Positions 12,401-25,819 of a stretch of 64,000 nt of DNA are shown here, piece after piece. The notes beneath the pieces are model-generated. The model was not told the DNA's origin, did no database searches, and saw only the letters and a program-made list of their open reading frames with translations. The stretch lies in assembly GCF_009914755.1 (NCBI RefSeq), contig NC_060925.1; one strand, 5' to 3'. The stretch comes from the human T2T-CHM13v2.0 reference genome, Homo sapiens. The translations under genes were made by a program, and so were the position numbers. The first letter of the stretch is position 1, and the number at the start of each line of letters is the position of its first letter.

Positions 12401-15400
12401 ATCCTCTTGCGGGTCCTCCAACAAGAGTGTTTCAAACGTGAACTATCAAAGGAAGGTTCAACTCTGGACTTTGAATGCAAACGTCAGAAAGATGTTTCTG
12501 CGAAAGCTTCTGTTTAGTTAGGTGACGTTATCCCGTTTCCAACGAAATCCTCAGAGAGGTCCAAATATCCACCTGCAGATTCTGCAAAAAGTGTGTTTCC
12601 AAACTGCTCCACCCAAAGGCATGTTCAGCTCTGTGAGTTAAACTCAATCATCACAAAGTATTTTCTGAGAATGCTTCTGTCCAGTTTTTACATGAAGCTG
12701 TTTCCTTTACTACCGTAGGCCTCAAAGCGTTCCAAATCTCCACTTGCAGATACTACGAAAAGAGCGTTTCAACCTGAACTCACGAGGGAATGTTCAACTC
12801 TGTCAGTTGAATGCCAACATCACAAAGAAGTTCTGGGAATGTTTCTCTTCAGTTATGTGAGTTTTATCCCGTTTCCAACGAAATTCTCAGAGAAGTACAA
12901 ATATCCACTTGCATATTCTACAAAAAGTGTGTTTTGAAAGTGCTCCATCAAAAGATATGCTCAGCTCTGTGAGTTAAACTCAATCATCACAAAGAATTTT
13001 CTGAGAATGCTTCTGTCTTGTTTTAGGATGAAGTTATTTCCTTTACGACGATAGGCCTCAAAGAGGTCCAAATCTCCACTTGCAGATTCTGCAGAAGGAG
13101 TGTTTCAAACCTGAACTATCAGAGAAAGGTTCAACACTGTGAGTTGAATGCAAGCATCACGAAGAAGGTTCTGAGAATGCCTCTGTTTAGATAGGTGAGT
13201 TTTCTCCCTTATCCAACGAAATCCTCAGAGAGGTCCAAATATCCACTTGCAGATTCTACCGAAAGTGTGTTTTGAAACTGCTCCATCCAAAGGAATGTTC
13301 AGCTCTGTGAGTTGAACTCAATCGTCACAAAGTGTTTCCTGGGAATGCTACTGTCTAGTTTTTATGGGCAGTTATATCCTCTGCTGCCATAGGCCTCAAA
13401 GCGGTCCAAATCTCCCCTTTCAGATTCTACCAAAAGTGTGTTTCCAAACGGCTCTATCAAAGGGAATGTTCAGCTCTGTGACTTGAATGCAATCATCACA
13501 AAGCAGTTTCTGAGAATGCTTCCATGTAGCTTTTATGAGCAGATATTTCCTTTTCCACCCCAGGCCTCGAAGCCCTCCAAATGTCCCCTTGCAGATGCTA
13601 GAAAGAGAGGGTTTCAAAGCTGCTCTATCAAAAGGAAAGGACAACTCTGTGAGTTGAATGCAAACATCACAAAGAAGTTCCTGAGCATGCTTCCGTTTAG
13701 CTTTTATGGGAAGATAATCCCTTTTCCATCGAAATGTTCAAAGAGGTCCACATATCCGCTTGCATATTCCACCGAAAGAGTGTTTCCAAACTGCTGTATC
13801 AAAAGGAATCTTCAACTCCGTGAGTTGAATGCAATCATCACAAAGAAGTTTCTGACAACGCTTCTCTCTAGTTTTTATGTGAAGATATTTCCTTTTCCAC
13901 CACAGGCCTGAAAGCGCTCCAAATGTCCACTTGGAGACTCTACGAAAAGAATGTTTCAAAACTGCTCTATGAAAAGCAATGTTATACTCTGGGAGTTGAA
14001 CACAAGCCTCACAAAGGAGTTTCTGAGAATGCTTCTGTTTACTTTTTACGTGAAGATATTCCCGTTTCCAAAGAAATCTTCACAGGCTTCCACCTATCCA
14101 TTTGCAGATGCTAGAAAAAGAGAGTTTCAAAACTGCTCTATCAAAAGGAATGTTCAACTCTGTGAGTTGAATGCAGTCATCACAGAGAAGTTTCTGAGAA
14201 GGCTTCTGTCTAGATTTTATGTGAAGATATAGCCGTTTCGAACAAAGGCCACAAAGTGCTCCAAATATCCACTTGCAGGTCCTCCAACAAGAGTGTTTCA
14301 AACGTGAACTATCAAAGGAAGGTTCAACTCTGGACTTTGAATGCAAACGTCAGAAAGATGTTTCTGCGAAAGCTTCTGTTTAGTTAGGTGACGTTATCCC
14401 GTTTCCAACGAAATCCTCAGAGAGGTCCAAATATCCACCTGCAGATTCTGCAAAAAGTGTGTTTCCAAACTGCTCCACCCAAAGGCATGTTCAGCTCTGT
14501 GAGTTAAACTCAATCATCACAAAGTATTTTCTGAGAATGCTTCTGTCCAGTTTTTACATGAAGCTGTTTCCTTTACTACCGTAGGCCTCAAAGCGTTCCA
14601 AATCTCCACTTGCAGATACTACGAAAAGAGCGTTTCAACCTGAACTCACGAGGGAATGTTCAACTCTGTCAGTTGAATGCCAACATCACAAAGAAGTTCT
14701 GGGAATGTTTCTCTTCAGTTATGTGAGTTTTATCCCGTTTCCAACGAAATTCTCAGAGAAGTACAAATATCCACTTGCATATTCTACAAAAAGTGTGTTT
14801 TGAATGTGCTCCATCAAAAGATATGCTCAGCTCTGTGAGTTAAACTCAATCATCACAAAGAATTTTCTGAGAATGCTTCTGTCTTGTTTTAGGATGAAGT
14901 TATTTCCTTTACGACGATAGGCCTCAAAGAGGTCCAAATCTCCACTTGCAGATTCTGCAGAAGGAGTGTTTCAAACCTGAACTATCAGAGAAAGTTTCAG
15001 CACTGTGAGTTGAATGCAAGCATCACGAAGAAGGTTCTGAGAATGCCTCTGTTTAGATAGGTGAGTTTTCTCCCGTATCCAACGAAATCCTCAGAGAGGT
15101 CCAAATATCCACTTGCAGATTCTACAGAAAGTGTGTTTTGAAACTGCTCCATCCAAAGGAATGTTCAGCTCTGTGAGTTGAACTCAATCGTCACAAAGTG
15201 TTTCCTGGGAATGCTACTGTCTAGTTTTTATGGGCAGTTATATCCTCTGCTGCCATAGGCCTCAAAGCGGTCCAAATCTCCCCTTTCAGATTCTACCAAA
15301 AGTGTGTTTCCAAACGGCTCTATCAAAGGGAATGTTCAACTCTGTGACTTGAATGCAATCATCACAAAGCAGTTTCTGAGAATGCTTCCATGTAGCTTTT

Positions 15401-18400
15401 ATGAGCAGATATTTCCTTTTCCACCCCAGGCCTCGAAGCCCTCCAAATGTCCCCTTGCAGATGCTAGAAAGAGAGGGTTTCAAAGCTGCTCTATCAAAAG
15501 GAAAGTACAACTCTGTGAGTTGAATGCAAACATCACAAAGAAGTTCCTGAGCATGCTTCCGTTTAGCTTTTATGGGAAGATTATCCCTTTTCCATCGAAA
15601 TGTTCAAAGAGGTCCACATATCCGCTTGCAGATTCCACCGAAAGAGTGTTTCCAAACTGCTGTTTCAAAAGGAATCTTCAACTCCGTGAGTTGAATGCAA
15701 TCATCACAAAGAAGTTTCTGACAACGCTTCTCTCTAGTTTTTATGTGAAGATATTTCCTTTTCCACCACAGGCCTGAAAGCGCTCCAAATGTCCACTTGG
15801 AGACTCTACGAAAAGAATCTTTCAAAACTGCTCTATGAAAAGCAATGTTATACTCTGGGAGTTGAACACAAGCCTCACAAAGGAGTTTCTGAGAATGCTT
15901 CTGTTTACTTTTTACGTGAAGATATTCCCGTTTCCAAAGAAATCTTCACAGGCTTCCACCTATCCATTTGCAGATGCTAGAAAAAGAGAGTTTCAAAACT
16001 GCTCTATCAAAAGGAATGTTCAACTCTGTGAGTTGAATGCAGTCATCACAGAGAAGTTTCTGAGAAGGCTTCTGTCTAGATTTTATGTGAAGATATACCC
16101 GTTTCGAACAAAGGCCACAAAGTGCTCCAAATATCCACTTGCAGGTCCTCCAACAAGAGTGTTTCAAACGTGAACTATCAAAGGAAGGTTCAACTCTGGA
16201 CTTTGAATGCAAACGTCAGAAAGATGTTTCTGCGAAAGCTTCTGTTTAGTTAGGTGACGTTATCCCGTTTCCAACGAAATCCTCAGAGAGGTCCAAATAT
16301 CCACCTGCAGATTCTGCAAAAAGTGTGTTTCCAAACTGCTCCACCCAAAGGCATGTTCAGCTCTGTGAGTTAAACTCAATCATCACAAAGTATTTTCTGA
16401 GAATGCTTCTGTCCAGTTTTTACATGAAGCTGTTTCCTTTACTACCGTAGGCCTCAAAGCGTTCCAAATCTCCACTTGCAGATACTACGAAAAGAGCGTT
16501 TCAACCTGAACTCACGAGGGAAGGTTCAACTCTGTCAGTTGAATGCCAACATCACAAAGAAGTTCTGGGAATGTTTCTCTTCAGTTATGTGAGTTTTATC
16601 CCGTTTCCAACGAAATTCTCAGAGAAGTACAAATATCCACTTGCATATTCTACAAAAAGTGTGTTTTGAATGTGCTCCATCAAAAGATATGCTCACCTCT
16701 GTGAGTTAAACTCAATCATCACAAAGAATTTTCTGAGAATGCTTCTGTCTTGTTTTAGGATGAAGTTATTTCCTTTACGACGATAGGCCTCAAAGAGGTC
16801 CAAATCTCCACTTGCAGATTCTGCAGAAGGAGTGTTTCAAACCTGAACTATCAGAGAAAGTTTCAGCACTGTGAGTTGAATGCAAGCATCACGAAGAAGG
16901 TTCTGAGAATGCCTCTGTTTAGATAGGTGAGTTTTCTCCCGTATCCAACGAAATCCTCAGAGAGGTCCAAATATCCACTTGCAGATTCTACAGAAAGTGT
17001 GTTTTGAAACTGCTCCATCCAAAGGAATGTTCAGCTCTGTGAGTTGAACTCAATCGTCACAAAGTGTTTCCTGGGAATGCTACTGTCTAGTTTTTATGGG
17101 CAGTTATATCCTCTGCTGCCATAGGCCTCAAAGCGGTCCAAATCTCCCCTTTCAGATTCTACCAAAAGTGTGTTTCCAAACGGCTCTATCAAAGGGAATG
17201 TTCAACTCTGTGACTTGAATGCAATCATCACAAAGCAGTTTCTGAGAATGCTTCCATGTAGCTTCTATGAGCAGATATTTCCTTTTCCACCCCAGGCCTC
17301 GAAGCCCTCCAAGTGTCCCCTTGCAGATGCTAGAAAGAGAGGGTTTCAAAGCTGCTCTATCAAAAGGAAAGTACAACTCTGTGAGTTGAATGCAAACATC
17401 ACAAAGAAGTTCCTGAGCATGCTTCCGTTTAGCTTTTATGGGAAGATTATCCCTTTTCCATCGAAATGTTCAAAGAGGTCCACATATCCGCTTGCAGATT
17501 CCACCGAAAGACTGTTTCCAAACTGCTGTATCGAAAGGAATCTTCAACTCCGTGAGTTGAATGCAATCATCACAAAGAAGTTTCTGACAACGCTTCTCTC
17601 TAGTTTTTATGTGAAGATATTTCCTTTTCCACCACAGGCCTGAAAGCGCTCCAAATGTCCACTTGGAGACTCTACGAAAAGAATCTTTCAAAACTGCTCT
17701 ATGAAAAGCAATGTTATACTCTGGGAGTTGAACACAAGCCTCACAAAGGAGTTTCTGAGAATGCTTCTGTTTACTTTTTACGTGAAGATATTCCCGTTTC
17801 CAAAGAAATCTTCACAGACTTCCACCTATCCATTTGCAGATGCTAGAAAAAGAGAGTTTCAAAACTGCTCTATCAAAAGGAATGTTCAACTCTGTGAGTT
17901 GAATGCAGTCATCACAGAGAAGTTTCTGAGAAGGCTTCTGTCTAGATTTTATGTGAAGATATACCCGTTTCGACCAAAGGCCACAAAGTGCTCCAAATAT
18001 CCACTTGCAGGTCCTCCAACAAGAGTGTTTCAAACGTGAACTATCAAAGGAAGGTTCAACTCTGGACTTTGAATGCAAACGTCAGAAAGATGTTTCTGCG
18101 AAAGCTTCTGTTTAGTTAGGTGACGTTATCCCGTTTCCAACGAAATCCTCAGAGAGGTCCAAATATCCACCTGCAGATTCTGCAAAAAGTGTGTTTCCAA
18201 ACTACTCCACCCAAAGGCATGTTCAGCTCTGTGAGTTAAACTCAATCATCACAAAGTATTTTCTGAGAATGCTTCTGTCCAGTTTTTACATGAAGCTGTT
18301 TCCTTTACAACCGTAGGCCTCAAAGCGTTCCAAATCTCCACTTGCAGATACTACGAAAAGAGCGTTTCAACCTGAACTCACAAGGGAAGGTTCAACTCTG

Positions 18401-21400
18401 TCAGTTGAATGCCAACGTCACAAAGAAGTTCTGGGAATGTTTCTCTTCAGTTATGTGAGTTTTATCCCGTTTCCAACGAAATTCTCAGAGAAGTACAAAT
18501 ATCCACTTGCATCTTCTACAAAAAGTGTGTTTTGAAAGTGCTCCATCAAAAGATATGCTCAGCTCTGTGAGTTAAACTCAATCATCACAAAGAATTTTCT
18601 GAGAATGCTTCTGTCTTGTTTTAGGATGAAGTTATTTCCTTTACGACGATAGGCCTCAAAGAGGTCCAAATCTCCACTTGCAGATTCTGCAGAAGGAGTG
18701 TTTCAAACCTGAACTATCAGAGAAAGGTTCAACACTGTGAGTTGACTGCAAGCATCACGAAGAAGGTTCTGAGAATGCTTCTGTTTAGATAAGTGAGTTT
18801 TCTCCCGTATCCAACGAAATCCTCAGAGAGGTCCAAATATCCACTTGCAGATTCTACAGAAAGTGTGTTTTGAAACTGCTCCATCCAAAGGAATGTTCAG
18901 CTCTGTGAGTTGAACTCAATCGTCACAAAGTGTTTCCTGGGAATGCTACTGTCTAGTTTTTATGGGCAGTTATATCCTCTGCTGCCATAGGCCTCAAAGC
19001 GGTCCAAATCTCCCCTTTCAGATTCTACCAAAAGTGTGTTTCCAAACGGCTCTATCAAAGGGAATGTTCAACTCTGTGACTTGAATGCAATCATCACAAA
19101 GCAGTTTCTGAGAATGCTTCCATGTAGCTTTTATGAGCAGATATTTCCTTTTCCACCCCAGGCCTCGAAGCCCTCCAAATGTCCCATTGCAGATGCTAGA
19201 AAGAGAGGGTTTCAAAGCTGCTCTATCAAAAGGAAAGTACAACTCTGTGAGTTGAATGCAAACATCACAAAGAAGTTCCTGAGCATGCTTCCGTTTAGCT
19301 TTTATGGGAAGATTATCCCTTTTCCATCGAAATGTTCAAAGAGGTCCACATATCCGCTTGCAGATTCCACCGAAAGAGTGTTTCCAAACTGCTGTTTCGA
19401 AAGGAATCTTCAACTCCGTGAGTTGAATGCAATCATCACAAAGAAGTTTCTGACAACGCTTCTCTCTAGTTTTTATGTGAAGATATTTCCTTTTCCACCA
19501 CAGGCCTGAAAGCGCTCCAAATGTCCACTTGGAGACTCTACGAAAAGAATGTTTCAAAACTGCTCTATGAAAAGCAATGTTATACTCTGGGAGTTGAACA
19601 CAAGCCTCACAAAGGAGTTTCTGAGAATGCTTCTGTTTACTTTTTACGTGAAGATATTCCCGTTTCCAAAGAAATCTTCACAGACTTCCACCTATCCATT
19701 TGCAGATGCTAGAAAAAGAGAGTTTCAAAACTGCTCTATCAAAAGGAATGTTCAACTCTGTGAGTTGAATGCAGTCATCACAGAGAAGTTTCTGAGAAGG
19801 CTTCTGTCTAGATTTTATGTGAAGATATACCCGTTTCGAACAAAGGCCACAAAGTGCTCCAAATATCCACTTGCGGGTCCTCCAACAAGAGTGTTTCAAA
19901 CGTGAACTATCAAAGGAAGGTTCAACTCTGGACTTTGAATGCAAACGTCAGAAAGATGTTTCTGCGAAAGCTTCTGTTTAGTTAGGTGACGTTATCCCGT
20001 TTCCAACGAAATCCTCAGAGAGGTCCAAATATCCACCTGCAGATTCTGCAAAAAGTGTGTTTCCAAACTACTCCACCCAAAGGCATGTTCAGCTCTGTGA
20101 GTTAAACTCAATCATCACAAAGTATTTTCTGAGAATGCTTCTGTCTAGTTTTTACATGAAGCTGTTTCCTTTACAACCGTAGGCCTCAAAGCGTTCCAAA
20201 TCTCCACTTGCAGATACTACGAAAAGGGCGTTTCAACCTGAACTCACAAGGGAAGGTTCAACTCTGTCAGTTGAATGCCAACATCACAAAGAAGTTCTGG
20301 GAATGTTTCTCTTCAGTTATGTGAGTTTTATCCCGTTTCCAACGAAATTCTCAGAGAAGTACAAATATCCACTTGCATATTCTACAAAAAGTGTGTTTTG
20401 AATGTGCTCCATCAAAAGATATGCTCAACTCTGTGAGTTAAACTCAATCATCACAAAGAATTTTCTGAGAATGTTTCTGTCTTGTTTTAGGATGAAGTTA
20501 TTTCCTTTACGACGATAGGCCTCAAAGAGGTCCAAATCTCCACTTGCAGATTCTGCAGAAGGAGTGTTTCAAACCTGAACTATCAGAGAAAGGTTCAACA
20601 CTGTGAGTTGAATGCAAGCATCACGAAGAAGGTTCTGAGAATGCTTCTGTTTAAATAGGTGAGTTTTCTCCCGTATCCAACGAAATCCTCAGAGAGGTCC
20701 AAATATCCACTTGCAGATTCTACAGAAAGTGTGTTTTGAAACTGCTCCATCCAAAGGAATGTTGAGCTCTGTGAGTTGAACTCAATCGTCACAAAGTGTT
20801 TCCTGGGAATGCTACTGTCTAGTTTTTATGGGCAGTTATATCCTCTGCTGCCATAGGCCTCAAAGCGGTCCAAATCTCCCCTTTCAGATTCTACCAAAAG
20901 TGTGTTTCCAAACGGCTCTATCAAAGGGAATGTTCAACTCTGTGACTTGAATGCAATCATCACAAAGCAGTTTCTGAGAATGCTTCCATGTAGCTTTTAT
21001 GAGCAGATATTTCCTTTTCCACCCCAGGCCTCGAAGCTCTCCAAATGTCCCCTGGCAGATGCTAGAAAGAGAGGGTTTCAAAGCTGCTCTATCAAAAGGA
21101 AAGTACAACTCTGTGAGTTGAATGCAAACATCACAAAGAAGTTCCTGAGCATGCTTCCGTTTAGCTTTTATGGGAAGATTATCCCTTTTCCATCGAAATG
21201 TTCCAAGAGGTCCACATATCCGCTTGCAGATTCCACCGAAAGAGTGTTTCCAAACTGCTGTATCGAAAGGAATCTTCAACTCCGTGAGTTGAATGCAATC
21301 ATCACAAAGAAGTTTCTGACAACGCTTCTCTCTAGTTTTTATGTGAAGATATTTCCTTTTCCACCACAGGCCTGAAAGCGCTCCAAATGTCCACTTGGAG

Positions 21401-22120
21401 ACTCTACGAAAAGAATGTTTCAAAACTGCTCTATGAAAAGCAATGTTATACTCTGGGAGTTGAACACAAGCCTCACAAAGGAGTTTCTGAGAATGCTTCT
21501 GTTTACTTTTTACGTGAAGATATTCCCGTTTCCAAAGAAATCTTCACAGAGTTCCACCTATCCATTTGCAGATGCTAGAAAAAGAGAGTTTCAAAACTGC
21601 TCTATCAAAAGGAATGTTCAACTCTGTGAGTTGAATGCAGTCATCACAGAGAAGTTTCTGAGAAGGCTTCTGGCTAGATTTTATGTGAAGATATACCCGT
21701 TTCGAACAAAGGCCACAAAGTGCTCCAAATATCCTCTTGCGGGTCCTCCAACAAGAGTGTTTCAAACGTGAACTATCAAAGGAAGGTTCAACTCTGGACT
21801 TTGAATGCAAACGTCAGAAAGATGTTTCTGCGAAAGCTTCTGTTTAGTTAGGTGACGTTATCCCGTTTCCAACGAAATCCTCAGAGAGGTCCAAATATCC
21901 ACCTGCAGATTCTGCAAAAAGTGTGTTTCCAAACTGCTCCACCCAAAGGCATGTTCAGCTCTGTGAGTTAAACTCAATCATCACAAAGTATTTTCTGAGA
22001 ATGCTTCTGTCCAGTTTTTACATGAAGCTGTTTCCTTTACTACCGTAGGCCTCAAAGCGTTCCAAATCTCCACTTGCAGATACTACGAAAAGAGCGTTTC
22101 AACCTGAACTCACGAGGGAA
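3462..22120. repeat. Tandem duplication of a 9330-bp (5-HOR) block: copies 3-7 repeated as copies 8-12; breakpoints approximate
   Basis: Copy-specific SNVs recur at +9330, for example gcatattcc 4432/13762, cgaccaaagg 8641/17971, gttgactgca 9411/18741 and cctggcagat 11721/21051. The 179-aa ORF variant also recurs at 11554/20884. Confidence 0.92.
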
Positions 22121-25100
22121 GGTTCAACTCTGTCAGTTGAATGCCAACGTCACAAAGAAGTTCTGGGAATGTTTCTCTTCAGTTATGTGAGTTTTATCCC
22201 GTTTCCAACGAAATTCTCAGAGAAGTACAAATATCCACTTGCATCTTCTACAAAAAGTGTGTTTTGAAAGTGCTCCATCAAAAGATATGCTCAGCCCTGT
22301 GAGTTAAACTCAATCATCACAAAGAATTTTCTGAGAATGCTTCTGTCTTGTTTTAGGATGAAGTTATTTCCTTTACGACGATAGGCCTCAAAGAGGTCCA
22401 AATCTCCACTTGCAGATTCTGCAGAAGGAGTGTTTCAAACCTGAACTATCAGAGAAAGGTTCAACACTGTGAGTTGACTGCAAGCATCACGAAGAAGGTT
22501 CTGAGAATGCTTCTGTTTAGATAGGTGAGTTTTCTCCCGTATCCAACGAAATACTCAGAGAGGTCCAAATATCCACTTGCAGATTCTACAGAAAGTGTGT
22601 TTTGAAACTGCTCCATCCAAAGGAATGTTGAGCTCTGTGAGTTGAACTCAATCGTCACAAAGTGTTTCCTGGGAATGCTACTGTCTAGTTTTTATGGGCA
22701 GTTATATCCTCTGCTGCCATAGGCCTCAAAGCGGTCCAAATCTCCCCTTTCAGATTCTACCAAAAGTGTGTTTCCAAACGGCTCTATCAAAGGGAATGTT
22801 CAACTCTGTGACTTGAATGCAATCATCACAAAGCAGTTTCTGAGAATGCTTCCATGTAGCTTTTATGAGCAGATATTTCCTTTTCCACCCCAGGCCTCGA
22901 AGCCCTCCAAATGTCCCCTTGCAGATGCTAGAAAGAGAGGGTTTCAAAGCTGCTCTATCAAAAGGAAAGTACAACTCTGTGAGTTGAATGCAAACATCAC
23001 AAAGAAGTTCCTGAGCATGCTTCCGTTTAGCTTTTATGGGAAGATTATCCCTTTTCCATCGAAATGTTCAAAGAGGTCCACATATCCGCTTGCAGATTCC
23101 ACCGAAAGAGTGTTTCCAAACTGCTGTATCAAAAGGAATCTTCAACTCCGTGAGTTGAATGCAATCATCACAAAGAAGTTTCTGACAACGCTTCTCTCGA
23201 GTTTCTATGTGAAGATATTTCCTTTTCCACCACAGGCCTGAAAGCGCTCCAAATGTCCACTTGGAGACTCTACGAAAAGAATGTTTCAAAACTGCTCTAT
23301 GAAAAGCAATGTTATACTCTGGGAGTTGAACACAAGCCTCACAAAGGAGTTTCTGAGAATGCTTCTGTTTACTTTTTACGTGAAGATATTCCCGTTTCCA
23401 AAGAAATCTTCACAGACTTCCACCTATCCATTTGCAGATGCTAGAAAAAGAGAGTTTCAACACTGCTCTATCAAAAGGAATGTTCAACTCTGTGAGTTGA
23501 ATGCAGTCATCACAGAGAAGTTTCTGAGAAGGCTTCTGGCTAGATTTTATGTGAAGATATACCCGTTTCGAACAAAGGCAACAAAGTGCTCCAAATATCC
23601 ACTTGCAGGTCCTCCAACAAGAGTGTTTCAAACGTGAACTATCAAAGGAAGGTTCAACTCTGGACTTTGAATGCAAACGTCAGAAAGATGTTTCTGCGAA
23701 AGCTTCTGTTTAGTTAGGTGACGTTATCCCTTTTCCAACGAAATCCTCAGAGAGGTCCAAATATCCACCTGCAGATTCTGCAAAAAGTGTGTTTCCAAAC
23801 TGCTCCACCCAAAGGCATGTTCAGCTCTGTGAGTTAAACTCAATCATCACAAAGTATTTTCTGAGAATGCTTCTGTCCAGTTTTTACATGAAGCTGTTTC
23901 CTTTACTACCGTAGGCCTCAAAGCGTTCCAAATATCCACTTGCAGATACTACGAAAAGAGCGTTTCAACCTGAACTCACAAGGGAAGGTTCAACTCTGTC
24001 AGTTGAATGCCAACGTCACAAAGAAGTTCTGGGAATGTTTCTCTTCAGTTATGTGAGTTTTATCCCGTTTCCAACGAAATTCTCAGAGAAGTACAAATAT
24101 CCACTTGCATCTTCTACAAAAAGTGTGTTTTGAAAGTGCTCCATCAAAAGATATGCTCAGCTCTGTGAGTTAAACTCAATCATCACAAAGAATTTTCTGA
24201 GAATGCTTCTGTCTTGTTTTAGGATGAAGTTATTTCCTTTACGACGATAGGCCTCAAAGAGGTCCAAATCTCCACTTCCAGATTCTGCAGAAGGAGTGTT
24301 TCAAACCTGAACTATCAGAGAAAGGTTCAACACTGTGAGTTGAATGCAAGCATCACGAAGAAGGTTCTGAGAATGCTTCTGTTTAGATAGGTGAGTTTTC
24401 TCCCGTATCCAACGAAATCCTCAGAGAGGTCCAAATATCCACTTGCAGATTCTACAGAAAGTGTGTTTTGAAACTGCTCCATCCAAAGGAATGTTCAGCT
24501 CTGTGAGTTGAACTCAATCGTCACAAAGTGTTTCCTGGGAATGCTACTGTCTAGTTTTTATGGGCAGTTATATCCTCTGCTGCCATAGGCCTCAAAGCGG
24601 TCCAAATCTCCCCTTTCAGATTCTACCAAAAGTGTGTTTCCAAACGGCTCTATCAAAGGGAATGTTCAACTCCGTGACTTGAATGCAATCATCACAAAGC
24701 AGTTTCTGAGAATGCTTCCCTGTAGCTTTTATGAGCAGATATTTCCTTTTCCACCCCAGGCCTCGAAGCCCTCCAAATGTCCCCTTGCAGATGCTAGAAA
24801 GAGAGGGTTTCAAAGATGCTCTATCAAAAGGAAAGTACAACTCTGTGAGTTGAATGCAAACATCACAAAGAAGTTCCTGAGCATGCTTCCGTTTAGCTTT
24901 TATGGGAAGATTATCCCTTTTCCATCGAAATGTTCAAAGAGGTCCACATATCCGCTTGCAGATTCCACCGAAAGAGTGTTTCCAAACTGCTGTATCAAAA
25001 GGAATCTTCAACTCCGTGAGTTGAATGCAATCATCACAAAGAAGTTTCTGACAACGCTTCGCTCTAGTTTTTATGTGAAGATATTTCCTTTTCCACCACA

Positions 25101-25819
25101 GGCCTGAAAGCGCTCCAAATGTCCACTTGGAGACTCTACGAAAAGAATGTTTCAAAACTGCTCTATGAAAAGCAATGTTATACTCTGGGAGTTGAACACA
25201 AGCCTCACAAAGGAGTTTCTGAGAATGCTTCTGTTTACTTTTTACGTGAAGATATTCCCGTTTCCAAAGAAATCTTCACAGACTTCCACCTATCCATTTG
25301 CAGATGCTAGAAAAAGAGAGTTTCAAAACTGCTCTATCAAAAGGAATGTTCAACTCTGTGAGTTGAATGCAGTCATCACAGAGAAGTTTCTGAGAAGGCT
25401 TCTGGCTAGATTTTATGTGAAGATATACCCGTTTCGAACAAACGCCACAAAGTGCTCCAAATATCCACTTGCAGGTCCTCCAACAAGAGTGTTTCAAACG
25501 TGAACTATCAAAGGAAGGTTCAACTCTGGACTTTGAATGCAAACGTCAGAAAGATGTTTCTGCGAAAGCTTCTGTTTAGTTAGGTGACGTTATCCCGTTT
25601 CCAACGAAATCCTCAGAGAGGTCCAAATATCCACCTGCAGATTCTGCAAAAAGTGTGTTTCCAAACTGCTCCACCCAAAGGCATGTTCAGCTCTGTGAGT
25701 TAAACTCAATCATCACAAAGTATTTTCTGAGAATGCTTCTGTCCAGTTTTTACATGAAGCTGTTTCCTTTACTACCGTAGGCCTCAAAGCGTTCCAAATC
25801 TCCTCTTGCAGATACTACG

